This document shows, one piece after another, positions 12,885 to 21,919 of a stretch of DNA of 64,000 nucleotides; the stretch's first letter is position 1; each line of letters starts with the position of its first letter. A program made the translations under genes and the position numbers. The notes under the pieces are model-generated. The model worked only from the letters and a program-made list of their open reading frames with translations. It was not told where the DNA came from and did not search any database. Origin of the DNA: an uncultured Acidimicrobiaceae bacterium. Lineage in GTDB: Bacteria > Actinomycetota > Acidimicrobiia > Acidimicrobiales > Bog-793. Location of the stretch: positions 457,528 through 521,527 of the forward strand of contig CAVRYE010000012.1 in assembly GCA_963725355.1 (NCBI GenBank), given 5' to 3'.

Positions 12885-13566
12885 CGTCCTCATCGCCTGG
12901 GACGGTGAGGCGAAGGGCGTCATCGGCACCTTGTCCAGGGCACTCGAGGGCGGCCCGCGGATCTTGTACGTCTTTCCTACGAACGTCTCGCCCGCGCTCG
13001 CCCGAGGTCAGGTGAATCTGTTGAGCGACCCGAGCTTCGAGGACGCTACGGCCAAGCTGTGCACCTTCGAGTGCAATGCAGCCTCGGGCTGGAGCCTCGA
13101 GCATTTCAGCGCCGGTCCGCCCATCGCCTATCGGACGCGGCGTGGCGTCGTCACTGGCTCCTATGCCGAGGCCCTCGTCTATGACGGACAAAAGGGTGAC
13201 AACGGGATACACAAGGACATCGAGCTCTACCACGGAGCCGTCGGGCCCGACACCAAGCCTGGCCGAAAGCTCACCTTCACCCTCTGGGTGTCCGGCAGCT
13301 GTGTCAAGTGCACGCCGTTCATCGGCATCGAGGCCTTCGACATCAAGAACCACTACCTCGGCGAGTCGGACCAGTTCTTCACACCCCCCAAGAGGCCGAA
13401 GGCCGTACAGGTCTCTTACCTGTTGCCTGTAGGGACGGTCGTGGCGGCGGCGTACATCCAGGTCCCCGAGCTCTACTCGTTCTCCAAGGTAAAGCTGATC
13501 GTTGATAACGCCTCCCTGGTCGCTGCATCTCAGACATTTCCGGCCCCTAAGCCCACCTACAACTAA
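12832..13566 (+). CDS. Secreted CBM-like protein, paralog of 8220..8882
   Basis: Signal/TM N-terminus; shares NLLSxPSFED, RTRRGVVTGS, FTLWVSGxCVKCxPFIGIE, AAAYIQVPELY with the first copy. Confidence 0.7.
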   Translation: MLRSRSLRGLVGLLLLTSVLIAWDGEAKGVIGTLSRALEGGPRILYVFPTNVSPALARGQVNLLSDPSFEDATAKLCTFECNAASGWSLEHFSAGPPIAYRTRRGVVTGSYAEALVYDGQKGDNGIHKDIELYHGAVGPDTKPGRKLTFTLWVSGSCVKCTPFIGIEAFDIKNHYLGESDQFFTPPKRPKAVQVSYLLPVGTVVAAAYIQVPELYSFSKVKLIVDNASLVAASQTFPAPKPTYN

Positions 13567-13675
13567 CAGTTGGTGTGAAGGAGACCGCGCAGTAAGGGAG
13601 CAGATGCGCGTCAGTCCGTCGGCTCAACCGTCCAGTAAGTAGTGGCTGTCGGGTTTGGCGTACCGGGCGGGGCGG

Positions 13676-14449
13676 TCACTTGACCCGAGCAGCTCCTCGC
13701 GAATGTCGGCGCGTGCGCCCTTGGCGCGCCTCAAGGAGAGTCGCGACAGCGATCAGGATCAAGAGGATGCCCGCCCCGAGGAGGAAGAAGCCTGTGTGGT
13801 TCTGATAGGCGATGGCGACGTAGCCGATGAGAGGTACGGTCCACCGCGCCCGGTAGATGTAGTCCCCCTTTATCGAAAGCGTCCACGGGTCACGGACCAG
13901 ATTCGCATCGCCCTGGGTGTTAAAGAGGAGCTTGCCGCCAGCTCCTTTGGTGATCTTGACGATGCGGTGCACGATCTGTTCGGAGGGCTTGAAAGGGTCC
14001 AAGAAGATGATCACGTCCCGCACATGGAGGCTGTCGACGGGCACTTGCTGGCTTATGACGATGCCGCCGACAGGCAGCCCGGGCCGCATGCTTCCCGAGA
14101 GGACCGGCGTAACCATCCAGGTGCCCCGCACTAGTGCCACAGCGGCGATTCCTGCTGCGCCAAGGATGGCAAGCAGGAGGACGTAAGCGATGACGGTGCG
14201 GATCGTCCTCTCCACCCTTACGGTTTTGGAGCGTGAGGTTCTCGGAGTGGCCTTCTTGGTCGTGAGGAAGGTCCCACCTGCGGCTACCGGGGTTTCTTCG
14301 GGGATTGGCGGCGCGGAACCCTCAGGTGCTTCAGGAGTCTCGCTGCAAGTGCGCAGGGACATCGGGTCCGCGTAAGCGTCACCGCCGTTCTTGGGCGGCC
14401 GCGAACTAACCTCGGGCGGGTCCTCGGTTGTCACTGTCGTTCCTGCCAC
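13676..14449 (-). CDS. sipW: SipW-type (ER-type S26B) signal peptidase I, copy 2
   Basis: VLSGSMRP (Ser) and IVHRIV (His) dyad, TQGDAN, flanking TM helices. Confidence 0.85.
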   Translation of the reverse strand: MAGTTVTTEDPPEVSSRPPKNGGDAYADPMSLRTCSETPEAPEGSAPPIPEETPVAAGGTFLTTKKATPRTSRSKTVRVERTIRTVIAYVLLLAILGAAGIAAVALVRGTWMVTPVLSGSMRPGLPVGGIVISQQVPVDSLHVRDVIIFLDPFKPSEQIVHRIVKITKGAGGKLLFNTQGDANLVRDPWTLSIKGDYIYRARWTVPLIGYVAIAYQNHTGFFLLGAGILLILIAVATLLEARQGRTRRHSRGAARVK

Positions 14450-14953
14450 GGCGGCATCACCTAAGCAACTTAGTTCGGGGTCCCGGGCACTTTGTTGGCT
14501 CGGCCCACAAGATCGCAGCCGTGGGTGACGCGTAACTGCTCGCGTAGGACCAGGTGAGGCTAGCGTCTACGTCTCCCGGCCGGCCGCGTTCGTGAGACTT
14601 TCCGGCGTGACGCACGGTCCCCACAGGGCAGCCGGGGCGGCCTTGTCGCTCGCGATCTTGTTGCAGGTCGTCGAGTCCGCCGTTGTCGAGGAACCCATCA
14701 GTTCCCGTGCTGTCAGCAACCATGGAGTCCAGCTTGCGAGCCTGAACGTCTCCGAGGATGATTTTGAGAGGCGGCGCAATACGCTGTCGTGGGCAAGGAA
14801 GGGGAGCCTCGGGTCGTTGCGACGCCCCACCTTCTCATAGACGTGCTCGGCGGGTGCTTAAGGCGGGGAATTTAGGGGGCGTGGATGGTAGGCACATCCC
14901 TCACCGGTGGTGTCACACCTATGCCGCCGATCTCACATGTCGGAGCGAGCCGA

Positions 14954-15733
14954 TCAAGTAGCCCGCGCAGCCCCTCGTGCATGTCGGCGCGTTCGTCCCT
15001 GTCGTGCCTCAAGAAGGGTGACAAGAGCGACCAGAATCAGGACGACTCCGGCTCCTATAACGTAATAGCCCCGATGGTTCTGATAGGAGTTGGCGACGTA
15101 GCCGAGAAGCGGGACCGTCCAACGGACCCGGTAGACGTCATTGCCACGGATCGTGATTGTCCACGGGTCCCGGACGGGGTTTGCATCGCCCTGTGTGTTG
15201 AATTGGAGTTGCCCGGAGCTGTTCTTCGAGATGCGGACGATGCGGTGCACGATCTGCTCGGAGGGCTTGTACGGGTCGCTGAAGATGATCACGTCGCGCA
15301 CGTGCACGCTGTCGACCGGAACACGCTGGCTAATGGCAACGCCACCGACAGCCAGTCCCGGCCTCATGCTGCCCGAAAGGATCGGCGTCACCTGCCAGGT
15401 GCCCTGCACCAATGCGTAACCGCAGATTGCAGCTCCCCCGAGAACGGCCAGTAGCAGCGCGTAGGCGACAGCCGTGCGAGCCTGCTTGCCCCAGGTTGTG
15501 AGGTTGGAGTTCCGCCGGGCCAAGCGTTTCCGGTTGTCGTCGTTGGTAGCCACGAAGACATCGCCACCAGCGACGGGAGGAGAGTCACCGTCAGCGACCG
15601 GCTTGGCAATCAGTGAGCTGTCCTCGGTAACCACCGCAGTGTCGACGTCGAAGACCGGAGGCATGTCAGAGACAGCGGCGCCGTTCATCGCAACCAGTAG
15701 AGTGCCGTCCTCAAGGAAGCCGTCAGTCGTCAT
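14954..15733 (-). CDS. sipW: SipW-type signal peptidase I, copy 1
   Basis: ILSGSMRP, IVHRIV, TQGDANPVRDPW; GGAGG RBS; close paralog of copy 2. Confidence 0.85.
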   Translation of the reverse strand: MTTDGFLEDGTLLVAMNGAAVSDMPPVFDVDTAVVTEDSSLIAKPVADGDSPPVAGGDVFVATNDDNRKRLARRNSNLTTWGKQARTAVAYALLLAVLGGAAICGYALVQGTWQVTPILSGSMRPGLAVGGVAISQRVPVDSVHVRDVIIFSDPYKPSEQIVHRIVRISKNSSGQLQFNTQGDANPVRDPWTITIRGNDVYRVRWTVPLLGYVANSYQNHRGYYVIGAGVVLILVALVTLLEARQGRTRRHARGAARAT

Positions 15734-15943
15734 AGTTCCTCCCGCCAGTTCGGCCTAGTTTGTGGCACAAGTAATCGGCAGTGTGGGTCTTCCATACATG
15801 AGGGCGAACTTGGGCCACGGTGGCCTCATCCGCAGGCCGTGGTGGAGGGATCATGATGATCCCCCCACCATTTGGATCTGCTGTCAATCACTGAAAGAAC
15901 GCGACGACGGGCAGTCACGAGGGCCACACCGCCGCCAGAGCAA

Positions 15944-16582
15944 CTAAGCCTGATTAGTGACGGTTACGTATGGGGTGATGACCCCGTCCTCCGTATAGTT
16001 GTCCAGGGCGCTCGGGTCCTGGTTCCCGTCGTTGCAGTAGTCCGTCGCTTCGGGACCTGCATAGAACTGCATAACGAACGAGTCTTCCTGAGTCGGGGAA
16101 GGCAATGAGTATGGCGAACTGTAGGTGCCGCCGGAGGCGAAGGGGGTCACGCCTACAGCTCCACTAAGAGGTCCGTCATAGATTGTGGAACCACCGATGT
16201 TTGCCACGCACAGGTACACCTCATTAGCCAAAGACCCACTGCCAGGGGCACCACCAACCGTGTCGCCTGCGCTGAGGGCCTCGTAGTATGGCGTGACGTC
16301 GCTATTGTTCTCCAGATAAACGGTGTCTGGAGTGGTGCTAAACGTCGAGCTTGTCACCTCAAAGCTCGGCAAGGAAAGGTCGACGCAGCTGGCACCGTTA
16401 TTGGGATCAGTAGCGTTGCAGCTCGAACCGGCAGGCCCTATCAATCCAATACTGAGGGCACTGGAAGTGATCTGCTGACGGGTTGTGGTGTTTGTGGTCC
16501 AGGCGGCGTGAGCGCCAGCTCCGATCAGACCCAAGCCTGCGAGGCTGAGCACTCCTGTCATTGCAATTGTCTTCAACTTCAT
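15944..16582 (-). CDS. TasA-like SipW-dependent secreted protein 4
   Basis: MKLKTIAMTGVLSLAGLGLIGAGAHA|AWTTNTTTRQQITSSAL SipW-class signal; Thr/Ser/Gly-rich beta-type body ending in a terminal strand (VTVTNQA). Confidence 0.75.
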   Translation of the reverse strand: MKLKTIAMTGVLSLAGLGLIGAGAHAAWTTNTTTRQQITSSALSIGLIGPAGSSCNATDPNNGASCVDLSLPSFEVTSSTFSTTPDTVYLENNSDVTPYYEALSAGDTVGGAPGSGSLANEVYLCVANIGGSTIYDGPLSGAVGVTPFASGGTYSSPYSLPSPTQEDSFVMQFYAGPEATDYCNDGNQDPSALDNYTEDGVITPYVTVTNQA

Positions 16583-16589
16583 GTCCTAC

Positions 16590-16836
16590 TGCTCCTTCGT
16601 CTCGGAGTTAGTAACCGCGGGCGTCGGGTTCGCCAGTCGTTCCCCACGGGCCCGGCGACCAGGTATGGCCTGTGGATCATCACGTCGCCCTAGCCGAGGA
16701 ATCCAGGGAGGGTTCCTCCGTGCTGCCAGGAACCGTAAGGTCCCTGTTTCTGGGGTAACTCCCATCAGGGAGGACCCCGTTGTGCGGTCCAGTCGGGCAG
16801 GACGCGAAGTCCCGCCTGGTAGAGCCGCAACACCTT
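16590..16836 (-). promoter_or_regulatory. Structured 5' leader motif, copy A
   Basis: AAGGTGTTGCGGCTC-hairpin-GGACCGCA...CAGGGA-hairpin-CCTGGCAGCA...GGCGAC/GTCGCC...AGGAGCAG, shared with 18315..18507. Confidence 0.55.
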
Positions 16837-16845
16837 GTTGAGTCA

Positions 16846-17532
16846 TCAGGCCGAGTACGTCAAGGTGACCGACACCGTGTCGGAGCCGCCCTGGGCGTCG
16901 CTGCTCAGGGGGGAACCCTTATTGCTGTTTCCCACGGGTGAACCGGCGTCAGGTTGGGCTGAGGTCACCGGATAGGGCGTGAAACTGCTCCTACGCGCAG
17001 CGTCGAGGGTGCGGTACTGGTAGTCCAGTACCTTACCGAAGCCTGTGAAGACGTCGCCGGCGTAAAACACAGCCGTATAGCTGTCGATCCCACCGTGCAG
17101 AAGGACCGTCCACCCGACTGCCATGTTGCCGAGCGCCTTGTCAGCTGACAGCAGGTCGTTGAAGACAATGTTGCTGTCGCTGCACAAGCACAGATACATA
17201 TCCTTGGCCAATGAGCTCCCAGCCGAGTTGTATGGGCCATCGGTCACCCGGAGGTCGTTCTCGTTCGCTGTTAAGGAGCCGTTGTTGGTGATGGTGGTGA
17301 GCTGGGCCTGGCTAACGAGGGTCGACCTGGCGTTTGTCGCGCTTGGGAGTGAAACTGTGGGCATGCCGTTTCCGGTCGCGCCCGGCGACGACAACATGAC
17401 GGCGAGCGTGCCTGTCGTAATCGTCCGGTTGCTCATGCTCTGACTGCTGGACACAACATGAGCACTGACACCGATTAGTCCGAGCCCCGAACGGCTCAAC
17501 ACACTCGTGAGCGTGACAATCGTAAGTCTCAT
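16846..17532 (-). CDS. TasA-like secreted protein 3 (degenerate signal peptide)
   Basis: GLGLIGVSAH signal, ITTGTL strand, TITNNGSL, LAKDMYLC, DSYTAVFYAG, C-terminal VSVTLTYSA shared with paralogs. Confidence 0.65.
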   Translation of the reverse strand: MRLTIVTLTSVLSRSGLGLIGVSAHVVSSSQSMSNRTITTGTLAVMLSSPGATGNGMPTVSLPSATNARSTLVSQAQLTTITNNGSLTANENDLRVTDGPYNSAGSSLAKDMYLCLCSDSNIVFNDLLSADKALGNMAVGWTVLLHGGIDSYTAVFYAGDVFTGFGKVLDYQYRTLDAARRSSFTPYPVTSAQPDAGSPVGNSNKGSPLSSDAQGGSDTVSVTLTYSA

Positions 17533-17574
17533 GCCGTCCTGTTCCCTGTCCTCGCTTCGGGGTGCTGACGATGG

Positions 17575-17605
17575 CGGCGGTGCGACCTCAAGGGTCGCAC
17601 CGCCG
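17575..17605 (-). terminator. 13-bp GC hairpin 3' of TasA-like gene 2 (terminator or mRNA-stabilising stem)
   Basis: CGGCGGTGCGACC / GGTCGCACCGCCG perfect stem with a 5-nt loop, just after the stop codon; no U-tract. Confidence 0.5.
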
Positions 17606-17614
17606 AAGGGCTCT

Positions 17615-18310
17615 TTAGCCCTGGTAGGTCATCGTGACGCTGGCGACGACGCTCTCGTTTTCAGCGTCGCTGTTCAGCGGAGGAGCCGTGCTCGTCCCGC
17701 AAGCTGTCGACACGCCCGGACCGGCGTAGATGTTGACTATGTAGTTGTCCGTTGGTCCCGAGGAGGGAACGGCGGGAATGGGACCAGGAGGGGTGATGTA
17801 AGGCGTATTGGCGACGGTGAGGGTGTCGCCGTCCTGACCCCAGCCGTATGAACCGCCTGTACCGACGAGCGCCCCCAGAGGGCCGTTGTAGATTTGGAAC
17901 CACGAACCGCCTGTCCCGAGGCCGGTACTGCCTATGCACACATATGACTCGGTCACCAATGGGGAGGTGGGGTAGGTGACGTTTAGCGTCATAGTGATCT
18001 CAGTTAGTGGTAGGTTGCCGGTGTTGGTGGCCGTGACCTCCTCGTCACCGGTAGTGTACGTCGACCCATAGGGACCACCGGGGGTAAAGGTCAGGGTCGC
18101 CCCGTTATTCGACAAGGCGTACAGACTGTTGGGGTTACCGGCACAAGGCCCATTCAGGCATGTCCCCGACAACGTGACGGCGGGGATGCCGGTGGAGATT
18201 GTCTGGTTGCTCGTTGTAGATGTGCTGAACACGGCGTGAGCACCAGCCCCGACCAGGCCGAGGCCTGCGAGGCTCATCACGCCTGTCATTGCAACGAAGC
18301 GCAGTTTCAT
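17615..18310 (-). CDS. TasA-like SipW-dependent secreted protein 2
   Basis: MKLRFVAMTGVMSLAGLGLVGAGAHA|VFSTSTTSNQTISTG; TATNTGNLP motif; C-terminal VTMTYQG. Confidence 0.78.
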   Translation of the reverse strand: MKLRFVAMTGVMSLAGLGLVGAGAHAVFSTSTTSNQTISTGIPAVTLSGTCLNGPCAGNPNSLYALSNNGATLTFTPGGPYGSTYTTGDEEVTATNTGNLPLTEITMTLNVTYPTSPLVTESYVCIGSTGLGTGGSWFQIYNGPLGALVGTGGSYGWGQDGDTLTVANTPYITPPGPIPAVPSSGPTDNYIVNIYAGPGVSTACGTSTAPPLNSDAENESVVASVTMTYQG

Positions 18311-18314
18311 AGCT

Positions 18315-18507
18315 TGCTGCTCCTATTCAATAAATGGACCACTGACTGGGGCGACCGTCGCCTTTGTCAAGGAACCCATGGTTCCAGTCTGGAACCAGGA
18401 GCCCATGGGGCCCCTGTTTGCTGCCAGGGAAATCCGATGGAGTTCCCTGCTGATGCGGTCCAGACAGGCGGGACGCAAGGTCCAGCCTGTCTGAGCCGCA
18501 ACACCTT
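18315..18507 (-). promoter_or_regulatory. Structured 5' leader motif, copy B
   Basis: Same conserved blocks and hairpin order as copy A, with different stem sequences and lengths. Confidence 0.55.
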
Positions 18508-18536
18508 TGTGGTGGTGAGTTCTTTGGTCTTCGTGT

Positions 18537-21153
18537 CTAACCATGTGAGCCGTGCGCATCAGCCGTGGCCTTGGTGCAGAAGACGAACGTCACCTTCGAG
18601 CTGGTGCCGAGGTTGTTTAAGCTGTCGGTGGCCTCGGCAATGACCAGGTACTTGCCACAGGAGGAAAGGCTTCTGACGGGCAGATTGAGTGACCAGGTTG
18701 TGGTTCCATTCGCTGTCACGAAGACCTGATTGTGAGAGCTGAACGAAATGCCGTTCCACCAGTTGCCGGTGTTGGTGTTCTCGATGGCCACCAAGACTGT
18801 TGTGATAGTCGTCTCTGTACCCGAGTTCGACGAGGCAGTGCCGGTGATCTGCCCGCCCCAGTTGGTCCCATAGGTGGTGGCAATAGCTGGGTAGGTGATG
18901 GTGATCGACGGGGCAGAGCTGGTGAAGGTGAAGGTCACCACCGAGGAGGTGCCGGTGTTGCCGACGCTGTCGGTCGCCTTGGCGATGACGCTATAGGCGT
19001 CGGTCGATGTGAGGTACTTCGCCGCCAAGCCGAACGACCAGGTCGTGGTCCCGCTCGCAGTCTGGAAACTCTGACTGGCGCCGTTGAACGAGGTGCCGAC
19101 CAACCACTTACCCGTCGCCGTGTTCTCCACGGCGATCGACACACCAGCGATGCCGGTGTTTGGTCCTGAGTTGGACGACGCTGTGCCGGTGATCGAGCCT
19201 GCCCAGTTCGTGCCGTAAACAGCCTTGTTGACGGGATAGGTGACAGTCACGCTGGGTGGCGGGGTGGCGTAGGTGAAGGTCACCGTCGCGGAGGTCCCTG
19301 TGTTGCCCAGGTTGTCAGTGGCCTGTGCCGTGGCGGCGTATGTGTCGTTCGAGTTGAGCTTCAGCGGCAGCGTGTACCAGGTCGTGGTCCCGACGACGTT
19401 GTCCCAGGTCTGGTTGCTGGCGGTAAAGGCCGAGCCGTTCCACCAGAGTTTGGTCGTCGTGTTCTCTATAGAGAGCTTGGTGAGAGAGATGTTTGTCCCG
19501 GCGCTGGCCGCAGCGGTCCCTGTAAAAGTCCCCGTCCAGTTCGCGCCGTAGGTGGTGTTGTTCACCGGGTAGGTGATGACGACCGCCGGGGGAGCCTTAG
19601 TGGTGCGACTCAAGTAAGTGAAGGAGACAGTTGGGCTAGTCCCGACGTCGCCCTCGTTGTCGGTGGCCTCGGCGACTGCGCTGTAGCTGTTGTTCGACGT
19701 GAGGTTGGTCACCTCCAAGGCCACGGACCATGTCGTCGTGCCGGTGGCGGTTACAAAGCTCCGGCTTGTGGCGCCGAACGAGGTGCCGTTCCACCACTGC
19801 TTGGTGGTGATGTCCTCAACGGCCACGGCCACCGTCTTGATGACTGTTCCGGGGCTCGCCGAGGAAGTGCCGCTGATCTGTCCGGGCCAGGTGCTGGCGC
19901 CGCAGCTCTTGCAGTGGCACGGGTTAGTGATCGTGACCGTTGGTGTGACCTCGTAGCTGAAGTCGACCGTCACACTCGTGCCTGAAATTCCCGGCGCTGT
20001 CTGAGGCCTCGGCGATGACGGCGTAGTTGTTGCCCGAGGTGAGATTCTCCGACCCGAAGCTTAGGTACCAGGTATTCAGGCCGGTAGCCGGGACGAAGGT
20101 CTCGGTGCCGTCATTGAACGACGAGCCGCTCCACCATTTGCCTATGGTCGTGTCCTCGACCGCAACCGCACTCGATGTGATGGTCGTGGTCGGTCCCGAG
20201 TTGGGCGAAGCCGTGCCTGCAATCGAGCCGGTCCAGTTGACCCCGTAGGTGGTGTTGTTCACGGGATAGGTGATGACGACCGTCGGGGGTGCCTTGGTGG
20301 TGAGGTTGCAGTAGGTGAAAGAGACAGTCGGGCTGATCTCTGAGTTCCCGGCGCTGTCGGTTGTTTGGGCGACGAGACTATAGGTGTCGCTGGAGTTGAG
20401 GTTGGTAGCGACAAAGGTGAGCGACCAGGTCGTTGAGCCGCTCACCGGCACGAAGGTCTGGCTAGTGGAGCTGAAAGAGGTGCCGTTCCACCAGGCACTG
20501 ATCTTGGTGTCCTCGAGGGCCACAAGCGTTGTCTTGATCGTCGTGCCGACACCGGAGTTGGAAGAGGCCGTGCCCGTGATGGTCCCGGTCCAACTGGTGG
20601 CGTCGTAGTGGGAGCCGCTCACCGGGTAGGTGATGTCAACAGTCGGGGCGGTGGTGTCGTAGGAGAAGGTGACCGTCGAGCTCGTGCCGAGGTTGCCAGC
20701 AGAGTCGGTGGCCCGGGCCGTGACCGTGTAAGTGTCGCCCGAAGTGAGATCGGATTTCGGCAGGCTGAGCGACCAGTTCGCGGTGCCGGAGGTGACGCCC
20801 ACGTAGTTCGGGCAGCTCGCCAAGAAGGTATTGCCTGAGCCGGTCCAACAGGAGCTGCCCTGCTGGAGACTGACCTGCACCTTCGAGATCGTTGCCTCGG
20901 AGGCGGTGACAGCCGCTGTGCCGGTTATCGCCCCGGTCCAGTCGGTCCCGTAGGTTGTGCCAGTGACCGGGTAGGTGATTGAGAGTGTCGGTGAAGCACT
21001 GGTGGTCGGGGTAGTTGTCGTCGGCCACGTACCTGCCGTGATCGACTGGCCACTGGTAGTGGAGGTGGTGAAGACGGCATGTGCGCCAGCACCGATCAGT
21101 CCCAAGACTGCAAGGCTCACCACTCCTATGAGGGCTACTTGGCGAAGCTTCAT
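18537..21153 (-). CDS. Large SipW-dependent adhesin with 7 Ig-like repeats (frameshift near 19985)
   Basis: MKLRQVALIGVVSLAVLGLIGAGAHA|VFTTSTTSGQSITAGT signal; seven ~110-aa repeats PTxxITYP...WxGxITGTA...WWNG...GTTTW...ATDSxGNxGTS...TFTY spanning ORFs 19924..21177 and 18537..19973. Confidence 0.8.
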
Positions 21154-21762
21154 TCGGTCCTGTTTCTGCCGCCGCATGGACGGCTTGGCCTAGGTCGTCG
21201 AACCCATGAATCGCTCCCCCCAACACACCGCGTGAAATGCGGTGTCGATGCGGCGGGCACGGAGGCAGAGCGCACCTCCGTGCCGGAACCGCTTGAGAAA
21301 GTACTGAGCGCCTGTCAGTACCGCAGCACTGCTCGTGGTTGAACGCTCACACATGGCGACTTTACCGAGGGAAACTATGGGTTCCGAGGTTGTCTCCGCT
21401 GCAACCGGAACCTTCGCTACCTCGTTCATGCGCTTCCCTGCGTTCCCTGTGAGTGTGCACACGTGGCACTGGGCCTGTCCAGAGGCAAAGGTCACTACTA
21501 AATCCTCGGTCGCGTGTCCACTCAGATATGATGCAGAATTCATGAAGTGCCGTGTCACTGCGTTACACACGGTGGCAGTGGCGGGTCACATTTACGTCAG
21601 GGCCGGAGGTTCTTAGACCGGTCGATTGTCCCCGGCGTGGAGGCCGAGGGCTGCAACGCGGCGACACGCCCCACCGACTTACGGCTAGGGCCTGTTGAAG
21701 CTCAAGGACGTTTTTCGTTCCCACTCTCTTCGCTCGCGGGTGTTCGGACACCCCAGTTACCG

Positions 21763-21841
21763 AGCGGGGACGGGTTCGCTATTCGCTCCTGCCAGCCCAA
21801 GCGACCATATGGGGACTGGTTATCTGTGCTTCCCTCGCTGC
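21763..21841 (-). ncRNA. c-di-GMP-II-type riboswitch (variant), copy 2
   Basis: GG-AA-GC-ACA-GA-UA-ACCAGUCC-CCAUA-UGG-UCGCU-UG-GGCUGGC-AG-GA-GC-GA-AU-AGCGA-AC-CC-G; the pseudoknot pairing is kept despite substitutions relative to copy 1; lies upstream of the TasA/SipW cluster. Confidence 0.8.
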
Positions 21842-21919
21842 CCAACGTCTAGCCCAAAAGTGGCATCGTGTCAAATGGAATGACAAAGAAACTCGGAACT
21901 GGCTCCGACCGTTCCAGGC

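Noticed and set aside
16595-16635. GAACCCGAC...CTAAC resembling the 3' end of a c-di-AMP (ydaO) riboswitch
   Set aside because: Spacing is wrong, the 5' conserved blocks are missing, and copy B lacks it
18470-18480. GGGACGCAAGG resembling the c-di-GMP-I GGGACGCAAAG motif
   Set aside because: Antisense to the downstream gene, with no upstream GCAAA/GNRA hairpin
18537-21000. Periodic DNA repeats as a possible CRISPR or other array
   Set aside because: They are degenerate coding repeats of the Ig-like domains; no CRISPR array or cas genes were seen in the window
21190-21570. 126-aa ORF between riboswitch copy 2 and the adhesin
   Set aside because: No signal peptide, motif or clear RBS; it may be a decayed gene, but I cannot support a call
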